Source: a virus
Virus record (IMG/VR): IMGVR_UViG_3300008108_000036
DNA length: 64,000 nucleotides
Strand: one strand, 5' to 3'
Of this stretch, positions 42,095-51,951 are shown in pieces. The notes below the pieces were generated by a model. That model was not told the origin of the DNA and did no database searches. It saw only the letters and a program-made list of their open reading frames with translations. Both the position numbers and the translations under genes were made by a program. Positions within the stretch are counted from its first letter, which is position 1; every line of letters begins with the position of its first letter.

Positions 42095-42376
42095 ATGATA
42101 AAAAAAACAGTACAACGCTCTGAAGAATGTTTTGTTCAATTTACTGAAGATGAACTAGCTCAATTAAACATTAAAGCTGGAGACAAATTTTCTTGTGAGA
42201 TTGATGATGGAGGAATTCTTCTTAAAAAATATGCAACATTAGATTTAGACATCTCAGAATGGTCTAGAAATGTATTAGAAATGTTGATAGCAGAGTCAGT
42301 TGAACAAGACGTATCGGTAAATGAAGTTATTTGTAATATTGTTAGTAAATTTATAAAGGAGTCTGATGTCAAGTGA
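42095..42376 (+). CDS. AbrB/MazE-like small DNA-binding protein (tentative)
   Basis: QLNIKAGDKF.CEIDDGGILL pattern. Confidence 0.45.
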   Translation: MIKKTVQRSEECFVQFTEDELAQLNIKAGDKFSCEIDDGGILLKKYATLDLDISEWSRNVLEMLIAESVEQDVSVNEVICNIVSKFIKESDVK

Positions 42377-42656
42377 TGAGATTAGAGGGTACAAGCCTTT
42401 ATTTGAGTTAGGAGTCTATGAAGACGTTCATCCTGCAGTAAAAGTAATCGATGAGTGCGATATTTGTCCTGGAGTATTAGCGTCATTTGTTACAGTATTG
42501 TTTGAAACTGTAATGCGCTCTGTTCCTGATAATAAACAAATAGAATTCGAGGAACGCTTTAATGAAGCTCTTGAAGTCTTAATGAAAGAACGTTTTAACT
42601 ATGACGTTTCAATTAAATATCCAGACGACGTAGAAGATGACGAAGAGGATGAATGA
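42366..42656 (+). CDS. Hypothetical acidic protein
   Basis: 96 aa ORF overlapping its neighbours. Confidence 0.6.
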   Translation: MSSDEIRGYKPLFELGVYEDVHPAVKVIDECDICPGVLASFVTVLFETVMRSVPDNKQIEFEERFNEALEVLMKERFNYDVSIKYPDDVEDDEEDE

Positions 42657-43071
42657 TAAATCTTCTAGAATTTCGTGGGAAGAATATGCATTAAGGATTG
42701 CAGAAGTTGGTGCTTTAAGAAGTGAGGATCCTTACGTTAAAGTAGGAGCTTGTGCATTAGATTTTTCTAATAGGGTAATCGGAGTAGCTTATAATGGGCT
42801 AGCTAGCGGAATTGTTCAGACTAATGATTTTTGGAACAATAGAGATTGCAGAAGACCTTTTGTTATACATGCTGAAGTAAATTTGTTATCTTTAGTAAAA
42901 AGAGGGGAATGCCGAATTTTAGCATGTACTTTGCTTCCTTGCTCGAGCTGCGCTGCTATGATTTCGTCTTACAACATCCAAAAGGTAGTATATAGAGACG
43001 TATATCACAGAGATACTAAAGCGTTTGAAATTTTTCGATTTAACGGCATTGAATGCCAGCAAATTTGTTAA
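42637..43071 (+). CDS. dCMP deaminase family
   Basis: RSEDP..KVGA, YNG, HAE, PCSSC. Confidence 0.9.
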   Translation: MTKRMNDKSSRISWEEYALRIAEVGALRSEDPYVKVGACALDFSNRVIGVAYNGLASGIVQTNDFWNNRDCRRPFVIHAEVNLLSLVKRGECRILACTLLPCSSCAAMISSYNIQKVVYRDVYHRDTKAFEIFRFNGIECQQIC

Positions 43072-43086
43072 TTAACCTTACGATCG

Positions 43087-43584
43087 TTAACGTCCGATGT
43101 TAACTCTTAATGCTCCCATAATTTCTTCTGGGTGTTCATTTTGAACCACTTTTAGTACAAGCTTAAGAGTGGGTTCGTCGAAAATATTACGCTCAGAATA
43201 TGTTTTGATGAATTCTTTTAACTCATTAGCGTTTAATTTTGAATATCTATAAGGAACTTCAAGGTCAAATTTTTCCTCAATTGCTCTAATAAGATCTAAG
43301 ATTTCATCTCTTGAAACTCCACTATAAAACCTGTTTGTTCTTGCAACTGATACGTTTTTAGCTGGTAAATTTGTTGTCTCCTCAGTTTCTTGAGGCAAGC
43401 TTTGCTCATTAACTTTTTTTAACTGAGCTTCAACTAATTCAATAAACGGAGTTTTTTCTTCTTCTATAATTGCACCAGCAAAAGGAGATTGTTTAATAAG
43501 TTGAATGTCTTCTGAAGTTAACGTTTCTTTGTTACCAAAGACATAAATTTCAGCTAATTCTCTTGCTTTTCTGTGATTATTCAT
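43087..43584 (-). CDS. Hypothetical protein
   Basis: 165 aa, downstream of the MoxR gene. Confidence 0.65.
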   Translation of the reverse strand: MNNHRKARELAEIYVFGNKETLTSEDIQLIKQSPFAGAIIEEEKTPFIELVEAQLKKVNEQSLPQETEETTNLPAKNVSVARTNRFYSGVSRDEILDLIRAIEEKFDLEVPYRYSKLNANELKEFIKTYSERNIFDEPTLKLVLKVVQNEHPEEIMGALRVNIGR

Positions 43585-43596
43585 ATATTTTATCTT

Positions 43597-45060
43597 TTAT
43601 CTTTTTAAAACTTTTTTAATTCTTGGTAAGGAATCTTCAGCAAAAGTTTTTTTAACTTTTGAATCATAATCTCCTCTTAATAAGAAGGTCATCATTTTAT
43701 CTAATTGTTCAACAGTAAAATCTTTTTTAAAGTGTGAAAATAAATTAGTTTTCCACTCATCTTTAAACGCATTTGTTATTTTAGCAATTCCTATTAAAAC
43801 CCCTTGATCTGACTCAGATAGTTCTTCGGTTTTTTCAGCTCTTACTAAAACAGGCTTTAATTTAGCTAAAACAAACATCAATAAAGCATGGAGTTTATCT
43901 CGATCAGTTTTTTGCAAAGATTCATCTTCTGCAGAGCTAACTATTGCAGCATAATCAAACGATTTAAAATGCTTCATGAAAGCATCAAATGCTCTAGCCC
44001 AAACATCTCCACATAATCCAGCAGCACTTTGTTTGATTGCGACAATCTTAGGAGTTTGAATTGGCATTCCTTGAGCTTTAGCTTCTTGATAATGCTGATC
44101 AATATTTCTAATTTTTTGCGATAAATTCATGATAGCTCTAGGAGAAGCCCATTGTTTATGAGTTTCAGCTCCAGCAAATCCACCTGAAGGCTTTGGATTA
44201 AAGTTTTCTTCTGGGTGAGATTTTACAAATGCTATAATTCTTTTATCAACTCCAGACTTTTCTGCATAGTCTAACCATTGCTCAGCATCAGCTATTAGGA
44301 TACCTTGGTCGAAACGATTCGTAAAAGCAAACGGTAAAGGATTTCCGCCAAATTCAGCTCCCAAGTTACCAGCAGCTACGACCGCAAAATCATCAGATAA
44401 AGTAATGTTTCCTACTTTTTTATCTACAATTTTGTACAAAGCTTTAATCATAGCATCTGATGCATTATTGCATTCATCTAAAAATAAAATACCATCAGCT
44501 GTAGGTTGAGCCATAACATAAAGCCATTTAGGCATTTGAGTCTCCAACCATTCATCTTTCTTTGACATATCTGGAATGCCTGCTAAGTCTGTTGGATCTA
44601 AAGAATCAGCTCGTACGTCAATGTAAAGAAAATATTTAGAAGGATCTTTAATGATTTCTCTTTGCTTTTCATTGGAAATCTTATCCCAATCAACGGCTAT
44701 TTTTCCTTTTGCTTTGCCCATTGATAGTGTAAACGACTGTACCATTTGACTTTTACCAATACCAGGATCGCCGTAAATTAAAAGAGGCTTTTTAGTTCTG
44801 TATGCTAACGATATAAAATCATGCATTCTCATGTAATCCCAAGAAGGCAAACCAGTCTTTTGGTCTGTTTCTACTACAGTACCTTCATCCCATTCCATAT
44901 CTTGAAATGCTGGATCTATCTCATCATTTAAATCTTCAATCGTGCTGTCTGCAGCTTGCTTAATGTCGTCAGCAATTTGATCTTTTTTTGACGCTTCAGA
45001 TAGGAGAAGATCTTTATACAACTTAGTAAAACTTCCCTTTTTAATGTTTTTCAATTCCAT
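43597..45060 (-). CDS. MoxR-like AAA+ ATPase
   Basis: GDPGIGKS, DLAGIP, LFLDE, AAGN, NRF, SPR; TAAATA upstream. Confidence 0.88.
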   Translation of the reverse strand: MELKNIKKGSFTKLYKDLLLSEASKKDQIADDIKQAADSTIEDLNDEIDPAFQDMEWDEGTVVETDQKTGLPSWDYMRMHDFISLAYRTKKPLLIYGDPGIGKSQMVQSFTLSMGKAKGKIAVDWDKISNEKQREIIKDPSKYFLYIDVRADSLDPTDLAGIPDMSKKDEWLETQMPKWLYVMAQPTADGILFLDECNNASDAMIKALYKIVDKKVGNITLSDDFAVVAAGNLGAEFGGNPLPFAFTNRFDQGILIADAEQWLDYAEKSGVDKRIIAFVKSHPEENFNPKPSGGFAGAETHKQWASPRAIMNLSQKIRNIDQHYQEAKAQGMPIQTPKIVAIKQSAAGLCGDVWARAFDAFMKHFKSFDYAAIVSSAEDESLQKTDRDKLHALLMFVLAKLKPVLVRAEKTEELSESDQGVLIGIAKITNAFKDEWKTNLFSHFKKDFTVEQLDKMMTFLLRGDYDSKVKKTFAEDSLPRIKKVLKR

Positions 45061-45088
45061 AGGATTATTTATTTATTTTGAGCTAATT

Positions 45089-46888
45089 TTAATGGTACAC
45101 ATCAATTTCATGCACTGGTCCAAATTTATCTAGAGGAGACTTTGATCCCTTTTCTACAATTAAAAAGAGTTTGTTTTTAATATTAGGAAGATCAGGATTA
45201 CTTTCTATATAACCGTCAGTAAATACAATAAATCCATTAAATTTCTTTACTGGATACTTTTTATCCAAATAATGTTTTACTGAAGACAATGTTGTACCTC
45301 CACCTTCATAGGGCAAATTTTGTAAAGCTTGTAAAATCTGCTGAGAATTAGTTTTAGATGAATCTATGTCTATATCACCATAAACTTCACTATGCCACAA
45401 AATAACCTTCATTTTTACTTTAGGATAAGCTTTTATAACATTCAACAATTCTGAAACAAATAAAGCAATCACATTTTCTGAAATAGAACCACTAGTATCC
45501 AAAGCCACTACAGTTTCAATTTTGGTTGATTCGTTTCTTACTCCAGGAGCATAATATCCAGCAGCAAATGCTCTTTTTTTAGGCCTCATCCAAGTAGGAC
45601 GTGTTTTTTCCATTCCTACTACAAAATTTCTTAATAGTTGCTTCCAATTTGTCTTTGTTTCAAAGACTTGTTTGCTTAAAGATCTCGGACCTCCCTTACC
45701 TAAACCTCTTGAAGCGATTGCTGTTAAAGTTGATTGAACTTTGTCTTTAACCTTAGATTCAGCATTTTTTCCACCATCTGGCTTATAGTCAGGATCATCT
45801 GTTGGAGTATCTAAAGGAGTAGGAGCTTGTTCTCCTTGAGTAATATGCTTATCAAAACTTTCTCTTTTTTTTGCTATTTGGTCAATAATGTCCGACAAAT
45901 TACCTTTGATCTTAGCTTCACCTTGATTTTTTTTGCTGTTCTTTTTTTCTTGTTCACTGTCGCCGCTATCTTCTATTTTTACTTTAGCATTTTTATCTAA
46001 AGCATAATCCTCACCTTCCTTGCAATCAGAATCTCCACCTTTTTTTAAAGTAATTTCTCCTGAAAGTATTGGCATAACATCAGTAGAAGGAACTCCAGTT
46101 GCTAATGATTCAGTTTTAATGTCGTCCCAATCTATATCAAGAATTTGTTTTCCAGGCTGGTTTCCCTTTACAGCTTTAACCGTTCCGTCTCTTCCGTCGA
46201 CCTTTGAACGTACTCGGTCACCAACTTGGTATACTTTCTTTTTAGGATCTTCTCCTTCTTGTTTTGGATCCTTTTTCTTATTTTTATTATCTTTATCTAT
46301 AGCTTTTTCTAGTTCGTCATATAATCCTTCAGCACTCATGTCTGTTATATCAACTTCAAGAATCGTAGCATTTGTTGTAGGATCTTTTAAAATAGCAAAA
46401 TATGAATCTCCTCGTTTTTCCGGAATCAAACCACCTTTAGGAAGTTGCATGTTCATCTCGATTAGATCTTTATTCATTACAAAATCCGTAGCTATATTCC
46501 ACTTATTCATGTCTCTAGTCTTTTGTCTGAAAAACGAAAGAGTCATGATGTGCAAACATTCGTGAGCCAACACCCCTAAAGTTTCTTCTTCTGACATGCT
46601 TAACGTAAATTTTGGATTCATGTAAATGTTACCAAAATCATCAACAGCCATGGTAGGTAAATCATTAGTAGGAACAGTTTTAAGCTTAGCTAACAAAATT
46701 CCAAACCAAGGATAATCTCTATAAAGTATTGTTTTGCACCGAGTCAAACGGAAATCAAATTCTTTAAATAAATTTTCATCCATCATTGTTGAAGAATTTT
46801 GTTCTTGCTGATTAGCCGTTTCTTCAGAAATAAGCACCTTGTTTTTATATACAGCAAAGATACTTTCATCGAGATTTTTAAAATACAT
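45089..46888 (-). CDS. DUF2201-type metallopeptidase plus VWA domain protein
   Basis: TMAVD, LAHECLH, WNIATD; DTSGS MIDAS, GGGT, FTDG. Confidence 0.88.
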   Translation of the reverse strand: MYFKNLDESIFAVYKNKVLISEETANQQEQNSSTMMDENLFKEFDFRLTRCKTILYRDYPWFGILLAKLKTVPTNDLPTMAVDDFGNIYMNPKFTLSMSEEETLGVLAHECLHIMTLSFFRQKTRDMNKWNIATDFVMNKDLIEMNMQLPKGGLIPEKRGDSYFAILKDPTTNATILEVDITDMSAEGLYDELEKAIDKDNKNKKKDPKQEGEDPKKKVYQVGDRVRSKVDGRDGTVKAVKGNQPGKQILDIDWDDIKTESLATGVPSTDVMPILSGEITLKKGGDSDCKEGEDYALDKNAKVKIEDSGDSEQEKKNSKKNQGEAKIKGNLSDIIDQIAKKRESFDKHITQGEQAPTPLDTPTDDPDYKPDGGKNAESKVKDKVQSTLTAIASRGLGKGGPRSLSKQVFETKTNWKQLLRNFVVGMEKTRPTWMRPKKRAFAAGYYAPGVRNESTKIETVVALDTSGSISENVIALFVSELLNVIKAYPKVKMKVILWHSEVYGDIDIDSSKTNSQQILQALQNLPYEGGGTTLSSVKHYLDKKYPVKKFNGFIVFTDGYIESNPDLPNIKNKLFLIVEKGSKSPLDKFGPVHEIDVYH

Positions 46889-46905
46889 ATTGATAATTAT
46901 TCTAA

Positions 46906-47763
46906 ATGAAGAATTTTTCGCACTTTTTTAAACAAGCTTTAAATGAATCAAAGTTCAGAGACGTTGATGAAAATTTAATCAATAATATTAAAGATACAGT
47001 AAAAACGTATAATCTTGTTTATAAAAAACTTAGTAAATCAGATGCTAAATTACTTACCACGAAAATAGATCAAGATTCTGACTGGTGGGAATACTTTAAA
47101 GAGGCAAAAGTAGATAGAATGGCAGAAATAAAACAATTCAGATTTAAAGATTTAACAAAAAACAAAAATAAAAAAGTCTCAATTATAGTAGCATATGGAG
47201 GGACAGATAGCACTTACGCCTACTACGATGAAGATAACGAAATTGTAGTATTAAATCACGATCAAATAAAAGGTTTATCAGATTTAGAAATTGAAGCAAT
47301 AATAACGCACGAATTAACACACGGATTTCAAGAATACAAAACCAGCTCCGATCCATATAAAAAAGCAATAAAAAAAATGTCAAAAGGATTGCCATACAAC
47401 AGACAAACATATTTTTATGAGCCGTTAGAATTTGACGCACATGCAACAGAATTAGCTCATAGAATTAGAGAAGAATTTTATTCCAGAAAAGAAGCAATCG
47501 AAAACGCTATTTTACCAGAAACTAAAAAAGTATTAGAACGAAAACTTGAAAAATTTTTACTAGAGTTAAATTTATTTTCAAGATCTGATCGCAAATCATA
47601 TTTAGAATATAAAGAGTTACCATTACCACAATTTTGTTCTACACATGAAGATTTTTTAGAAACAGTAGCAAAAAATCCAAATCTATGGAGAAAACTTAAA
47701 GAAAAGCTTGCCTCTTTATATATAGATCTAACAACTGAAGAGGAAGAAGAAAAGCAAAACTAA
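46906..47763 (+). CDS. HExxH zinc metallopeptidase-like head protein
   Basis: ITHELTH...EFDAH; leader MKNFSHFFKQALNE. Confidence 0.65.
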   Translation: MKNFSHFFKQALNESKFRDVDENLINNIKDTVKTYNLVYKKLSKSDAKLLTTKIDQDSDWWEYFKEAKVDRMAEIKQFRFKDLTKNKNKKVSIIVAYGGTDSTYAYYDEDNEIVVLNHDQIKGLSDLEIEAIITHELTHGFQEYKTSSDPYKKAIKKMSKGLPYNRQTYFYEPLEFDAHATELAHRIREEFYSRKEAIENAILPETKKVLERKLEKFLLELNLFSRSDRKSYLEYKELPLPQFCSTHEDFLETVAKNPNLWRKLKEKLASLYIDLTTEEEEEKQN

Positions 47764-47801
47764 AAGCTTGACTTGAATTCAAATTTGACGAAGCTAATTT
47801 T

Positions 47802-48455
47802 GTGAAGTTTTTATTTTATAAACCAATTTTAGTTCAAACCAAGAACGACGAGGATATTTGTTTTTGGTCAGATATGCATTTCGGACATGCGTGTGAAAGA
47901 TGGCCAATTCCTTTGTGGAAAATGAGAGGGTTTGATTCAGTGCATCAGCATGATGAGATGCTTATAGAAAGATGGAATAGTAAAACATCAGAGCACACGA
48001 TAGGATTTCAGCTTGGAGATTTTATTTTTGGCCATTCTGCTGTCGATCGTTGCAAAGAAATTTTAAATAAATTGAACTTCAATACTCTTTATTTGCAGCC
48101 AGGAAATCATCACTCCGGATGGAGACATATTTTTGAAGAAATTCATGGAAATGTTTGGGATATTAATGAAAGTAAAAGGGTAGTATTTGTTCCAAATTAT
48201 GCTGAAGTGGTTGCTAACGGACAACCGATTGTAATATGCCATTATCCTTTAGCTTCTTTTAATGGACAAGCAAGAGGTTCATGGATGCTTCACGGTCATT
48301 GTCACGGCAATCTTTATAAAAGTGAAATAGGACAACCCCTGTACAAGACAAGAACCTTAGACGTTGGTGTTGAAAAGGCGCCTTTTCCTTTATCATTGAC
48401 TGATTTGAAAGGAATATTAGGAACTAAAGAAAATTTGACCTACGACAAAGCATAA
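47802..48455 (+). CDS. Calcineurin-like metallophosphoesterase
   Basis: SDMHFGH, LGDF, GNH, HYP, HGHCH, DVGV. Confidence 0.88.
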   Translation: MKFLFYKPILVQTKNDEDICFWSDMHFGHACERWPIPLWKMRGFDSVHQHDEMLIERWNSKTSEHTIGFQLGDFIFGHSAVDRCKEILNKLNFNTLYLQPGNHHSGWRHIFEEIHGNVWDINESKRVVFVPNYAEVVANGQPIVICHYPLASFNGQARGSWMLHGHCHGNLYKSEIGQPLYKTRTLDVGVEKAPFPLSLTDLKGILGTKENLTYDKA

Positions 48456-48460
48456 TCCGC

Positions 48461-49036
48461 ATGTCACTAACACACAAACGAGTATTAATTTTAAATAAAA
48501 GTTGGATGGCCATTAACACATCTACTGTTAGACATGCTATTTCATTAATCTTTGCTGGACAAGCTAAAGGCATTTTAATATCAGATAATAAAATCCATGC
48601 ATTAGGGTGGGATGAATGGAAAAACGTGCAACCAACAGAAACTGAAGCATCAATTGGTACAGTGAATCAGAAAATAAAATTGCCCTCAATTGTAGTAATG
48701 AATTTCTGTGATAAAATTCCAAAACAAGCCATTAAGTTTACACAAAACAATTTATGGGAAAGAGATAATTTTACCTGCCAATACACTGGCAAAAAAGTAA
48801 CAAGACAGACAGGAAATATAGATCATATAATTCCTAAATCATTAGGTGGAAGAACCTCTTGGGAGAACTGTGTAATTGCTTGCAAAGAAATTAATGCGCA
48901 AAAAAGCGACAAAACTCCTGAACAAGCTGGACTAAAACTTATTAGAAAACCAACGAGACCAAAAGTTATGCCAGTGTCTTTTTTTATAAAAAATAAAGAA
49001 AACAACTTAGATTGGAATTGCTTTTTGCACTCTTAG
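48461..49036 (+). CDS. HNH endonuclease (McrA-like)
   Basis: VLILN, RDNFTCQY, DHIIPKSLGG..SWEN, N..K. Confidence 0.88.
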   Translation: MSLTHKRVLILNKSWMAINTSTVRHAISLIFAGQAKGILISDNKIHALGWDEWKNVQPTETEASIGTVNQKIKLPSIVVMNFCDKIPKQAIKFTQNNLWERDNFTCQYTGKKVTRQTGNIDHIIPKSLGGRTSWENCVIACKEINAQKSDKTPEQAGLKLIRKPTRPKVMPVSFFIKNKENNLDWNCFLHS

Positions 49037-49179
49037 CATTTAGTTATTTTTTATGCAGAAAAATAAGCTGTCATATAAGCTTGAATTGTGTATGTTTAGT
49101 ATAAGTTGGATTTTAATTCTTGTAATAATTTTTATCAGTTGTATTATGTTCGGGCTTTTTAAAAAAATTAATATAAAAT

Positions 49180-49881
49180 ATGGAATATTTAGATAACACA
49201 AAACCTCTCATTTTTTTAGGAGACCATCATGGTCAGTGGTCAGAGCTAGATTGGATTATTTCTAAAAGAAATATACAAGACTGCTATATTTGCAGTGTTG
49301 GTGATTCAGGGATTGGATTTAGCTCGAAGGCAATTCAACAAAAAAAAATCGATTATCTCAACGAAGAATTCAAGCGCAAAAACATTATTTTTCTATCCAT
49401 TAGAGGTAACCACGATGACCCTTCTTATTTTACAGGACCACTTAAACCGGATTTGTCGAATTTTAAGTTAATTGAAGACTACACGACAATGATGTATAAG
49501 GATAAAAAATTTCAATTCATTGGTGGAGCGATTTCTATTGATCGTACTGGCAGGCAAGAAGGAGCTTCATATTGGACTGAAGAGTCAGTAAAATTTATAA
49601 GAGAAAAATGTGAGAAGGTAGATGTGCTAGTTACTCACACTACTATGTCGTTTTGTTTTCCACAAGCATTTAATGAAATGGTGTACGGATGGGCCAGAGA
49701 AGATGCATACTTGTTAGAAGATCTAACAGAAGAAAGATCTATAATGGACGAAATTTTTAAAATTTGCAATCCATCTTTGCAAATTTACGGCCATTTTCAT
49801 TCAAGTTGGTCCGAAAAAATTAATAATTGCAATCACAAATTATTAGACATCAACGAATTATGGCAGCCGAATTTTGAGTAA
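49180..49881 (+). CDS. Metallophosphoesterase
   Basis: GDHHG, GDSG, RGNHD, GGAISID, TH, GHFH. Confidence 0.88.
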   Translation: MEYLDNTKPLIFLGDHHGQWSELDWIISKRNIQDCYICSVGDSGIGFSSKAIQQKKIDYLNEEFKRKNIIFLSIRGNHDDPSYFTGPLKPDLSNFKLIEDYTTMMYKDKKFQFIGGAISIDRTGRQEGASYWTEESVKFIREKCEKVDVLVTHTTMSFCFPQAFNEMVYGWAREDAYLLEDLTEERSIMDEIFKICNPSLQIYGHFHSSWSEKINNCNHKLLDINELWQPNFE

Positions 49882-49924
49882 TCGACTTTTTTAAAAAAGT
49901 CAACATTCACATCCTAAAAACCTT

Positions 49925-50356
49925 TTGTTTTTTTATAAGTACTTTAGAGACCTATCTCTAAAGCACATGACTACAGAAGAAGCCATAACACTCATAAATG
50001 ACAAAAGAACTACAATTGATGCAATTTGTGCTCAATTGTTTAGTCATGTTGAGTCATATCAGCAAACTAGAGAAGATTATTACATGCAAGAGTTTGAAGA
50101 CAAGGTTTCTTCTAATCCTGACGAATTCGATCCGGAAAGAATTGATGAGTATACGGAATCAATTTTTGGAGAAATAGCTTCCGATTCGAGAGAGTTTATT
50201 AAAGAGTATATAAGTAATCTTTCTGACGGACTTTTGGATGCAATTAATGACGGAAAAGTAGACAAAAAGTCATGTAAATTGTTTTTAACAATTTTATCCG
50301 TAATGGAAGATGTGCTAATTAAAGCATTTAATGCTGAAGGTCCTTCAGCAGCTTAA
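49925..50356 (+). CDS. Hypothetical protein (start may be ATG ~49967)
   Basis: Acidic helical ORF. Confidence 0.55.
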   Translation: MFFYKYFRDLSLKHMTTEEAITLINDKRTTIDAICAQLFSHVESYQQTREDYYMQEFEDKVSSNPDEFDPERIDEYTESIFGEIASDSREFIKEYISNLSDGLLDAINDGKVDKKSCKLFLTILSVMEDVLIKAFNAEGPSAA

Positions 50357-50790
50357 TAACGAATTCTTCTTGCAACCTCAGCTAGATTATCCATAGCAAT
50401 TGCAATTTTTTGTTGCTGCCATACTTCTAAAGAGCCACCTTGTGCACATACAGTTGCGATTTTGGTAACACTCTCTCTAATAGAGTTTAAGTTGTCAACA
50501 TTCATGTCGTGAGTTTCGTCATCACAACAATCGTCTAATGAAAAAGCTTTTGGAGAAGCAGAAGGTTCGCTAATAGAAACTGTAGACATTTCTGTTGGTT
50601 CCGGCATAACTTCACTTCCAATATCTTCAATCGTCTCTTCTTCTGGAGAAATCGAATCCTCGTCATCAGATTGGACTTCTAATTCGCCATCAACCTCATC
50701 TTTTTCTTGTTCATCAGAAGGAACCGAAGGAAGTTTTTGATTAATTGATAGATATGCTCGTTCTAAGAGTAAAGAATCTTTAGTTTTCAT
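50353..50790 (-). CDS. Acidic late (head-associated) protein
   Basis: Perfect TATAAATA at 50796-50803 (minus strand); MKTKDSLLLERAY leader; LEVWQQQKI. Confidence 0.7.
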   Translation of the reverse strand: MKTKDSLLLERAYLSINQKLPSVPSDEQEKDEVDGELEVQSDDEDSISPEEETIEDIGSEVMPEPTEMSTVSISEPSASPKAFSLDDCCDDETHDMNVDNLNSIRESVTKIATVCAQGGSLEVWQQQKIAIAMDNLAEVARRIRY

Positions 50791-50827
50791 TTATGTATTT
50801 ATACTTTTATTAGTAATTTTTTACTAA

Positions 50828-51610
50828 TTATATTTTAGTTGGAGTTGGAGTTGGAGTAAGTGTATTGGTAGGAGTTGGAGTGATTGTAGGGGTAGGCGTA
50901 ACACTTGGAGTGACCGTAGGAGTAGGAGTAAGTGTATTAGTAGGAGTTGGAGTGATTGTAGGGGTGGGGGTAACAGTTCTTGTTGGAGTTGGTGAAGGAA
51001 TAACTCCCACATCTCCCTCAATCATTAAGAAGCCGCTAGTCTGAGATCCTGTTTCGCCATCTAAAAACCATTTACCACTGTCCATGTGATAAGCCGTCAC
51101 AAAAGCATATTGATCCTTAATGTATACATAACTAGGATCAGGTGATGTTCGCACCTCTGCATCAACTCCTTCAATAAAAGAAACTTCTCCAGTTCCCAAT
51201 CTTAAAAATTTTACAGTAACTCCAGGAGAAACCCCAACAGGCAAACAAACAGTCAAGTCTTGATTCGAACTCAGAGTTACAACTCTGTTGTGAAACGCAT
51301 CTACCGCAGTAATACTTTGAGTATAAGCTAACGGCTTTTGTGGATTAAGCAAACTACTGCCAGCAAATTCTCCAGACAACGTTCTCGTAGAATTATCATA
51401 AAATAAATTAATAGTTGCAGAATCTTTTATACGAATTGTATCGTATAACAACTCATTAAAATCTATAATGTATCTTTCTACTTGTTCTATTCCAACTAAA
51501 AACGTAGAACCAGATACTCTTCTGGTAGTTCCTCCTCTTGCTACAACAAACTGATCGGTTTCCTTTATATTAGGATTTGAAGGAAGATCTGTAATTTTTA
51601 TACCAATCAT
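50828..51610 (-). CDS. Virion/fibre-like protein with C-terminal Pro-Thr repeat
   Basis: KITDLP N-terminus, beta-rich body (W.L.G), (TP)n tail. Confidence 0.7.
   Translation of the reverse strand: MIGIKITDLPSNPNIKETDQFVVARGGTTRRVSGSTFLVGIEQVERYIIDFNELLYDTIRIKDSATINLFYDNSTRTLSGEFAGSSLLNPQKPLAYTQSITAVDAFHNRVVTLSSNQDLTVCLPVGVSPGVTVKFLRLGTGEVSFIEGVDAEVRTSPDPSYVYIKDQYAFVTAYHMDSGKWFLDGETGSQTSGFLMIEGDVGVIPSPTPTRTVTPTPTITPTPTNTLTPTPTVTPSVTPTPTITPTPTNTLTPTPTPTKI
50835..51000 (-). repeat. PT-coding repeats including a ~41 bp near-perfect duplicate at 72 bp spacing
   Basis: ggagtaagtgtatt(g/a)gtaggagttggagtgattgtaggggt at ~50853 and ~50925. Confidence 0.85.
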
Positions 51611-51646
51611 AAAGCGCGATGTTTTATTTAGTCTGAAACTTTTGTT

Positions 51647-51883
51647 TTATTCACTCAAACAATCAACATATAACAAAGAGTCTTCTGAAGCACTTAAAAA
51701 GACATCTAATCCATCAAAATTAATGGTTTCTTCTCTTACTAAATAAACATCTGTATTTTCCTCTAGCACTAAAGCACACTGAGTCTCTTCAGGTAATTGA
51801 CAGCTTTTGTAGTCAAAATTTAAGCCAGTGTTGCCAGAAGTTTTGATTATATTAGGAGGAATATTTTTAGGTAAACAAAACAT
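51647..51883 (-). CDS. Small late protein
   Basis: Minus-strand TAAATA at 51891-51896. Confidence 0.55.
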   Translation of the reverse strand: MFCLPKNIPPNIIKTSGNTGLNFDYKSCQLPEETQCALVLEENTDVYLVREETINFDGLDVFLSASEDSLLYVDCLSE

Positions 51884-51951
51884 TTTACACTATTTATCCT
51901 ACATTGCAGTGAAAAAAAGTTCTTATATGATTAAATAAAGGAATAATACTT

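Noticed and set aside
48461-49036. Mobile homing endonuclease (also GIY-YIG-like 3945..4361)
   Set aside because: Both are short, lack extra DNA-binding domains and do not interrupt a gene; mobility is unsupported
49884-49901. Palindrome GACTTTTTTAAAAAAGTC
   Set aside because: Mostly A/T and single copy; no assignable function
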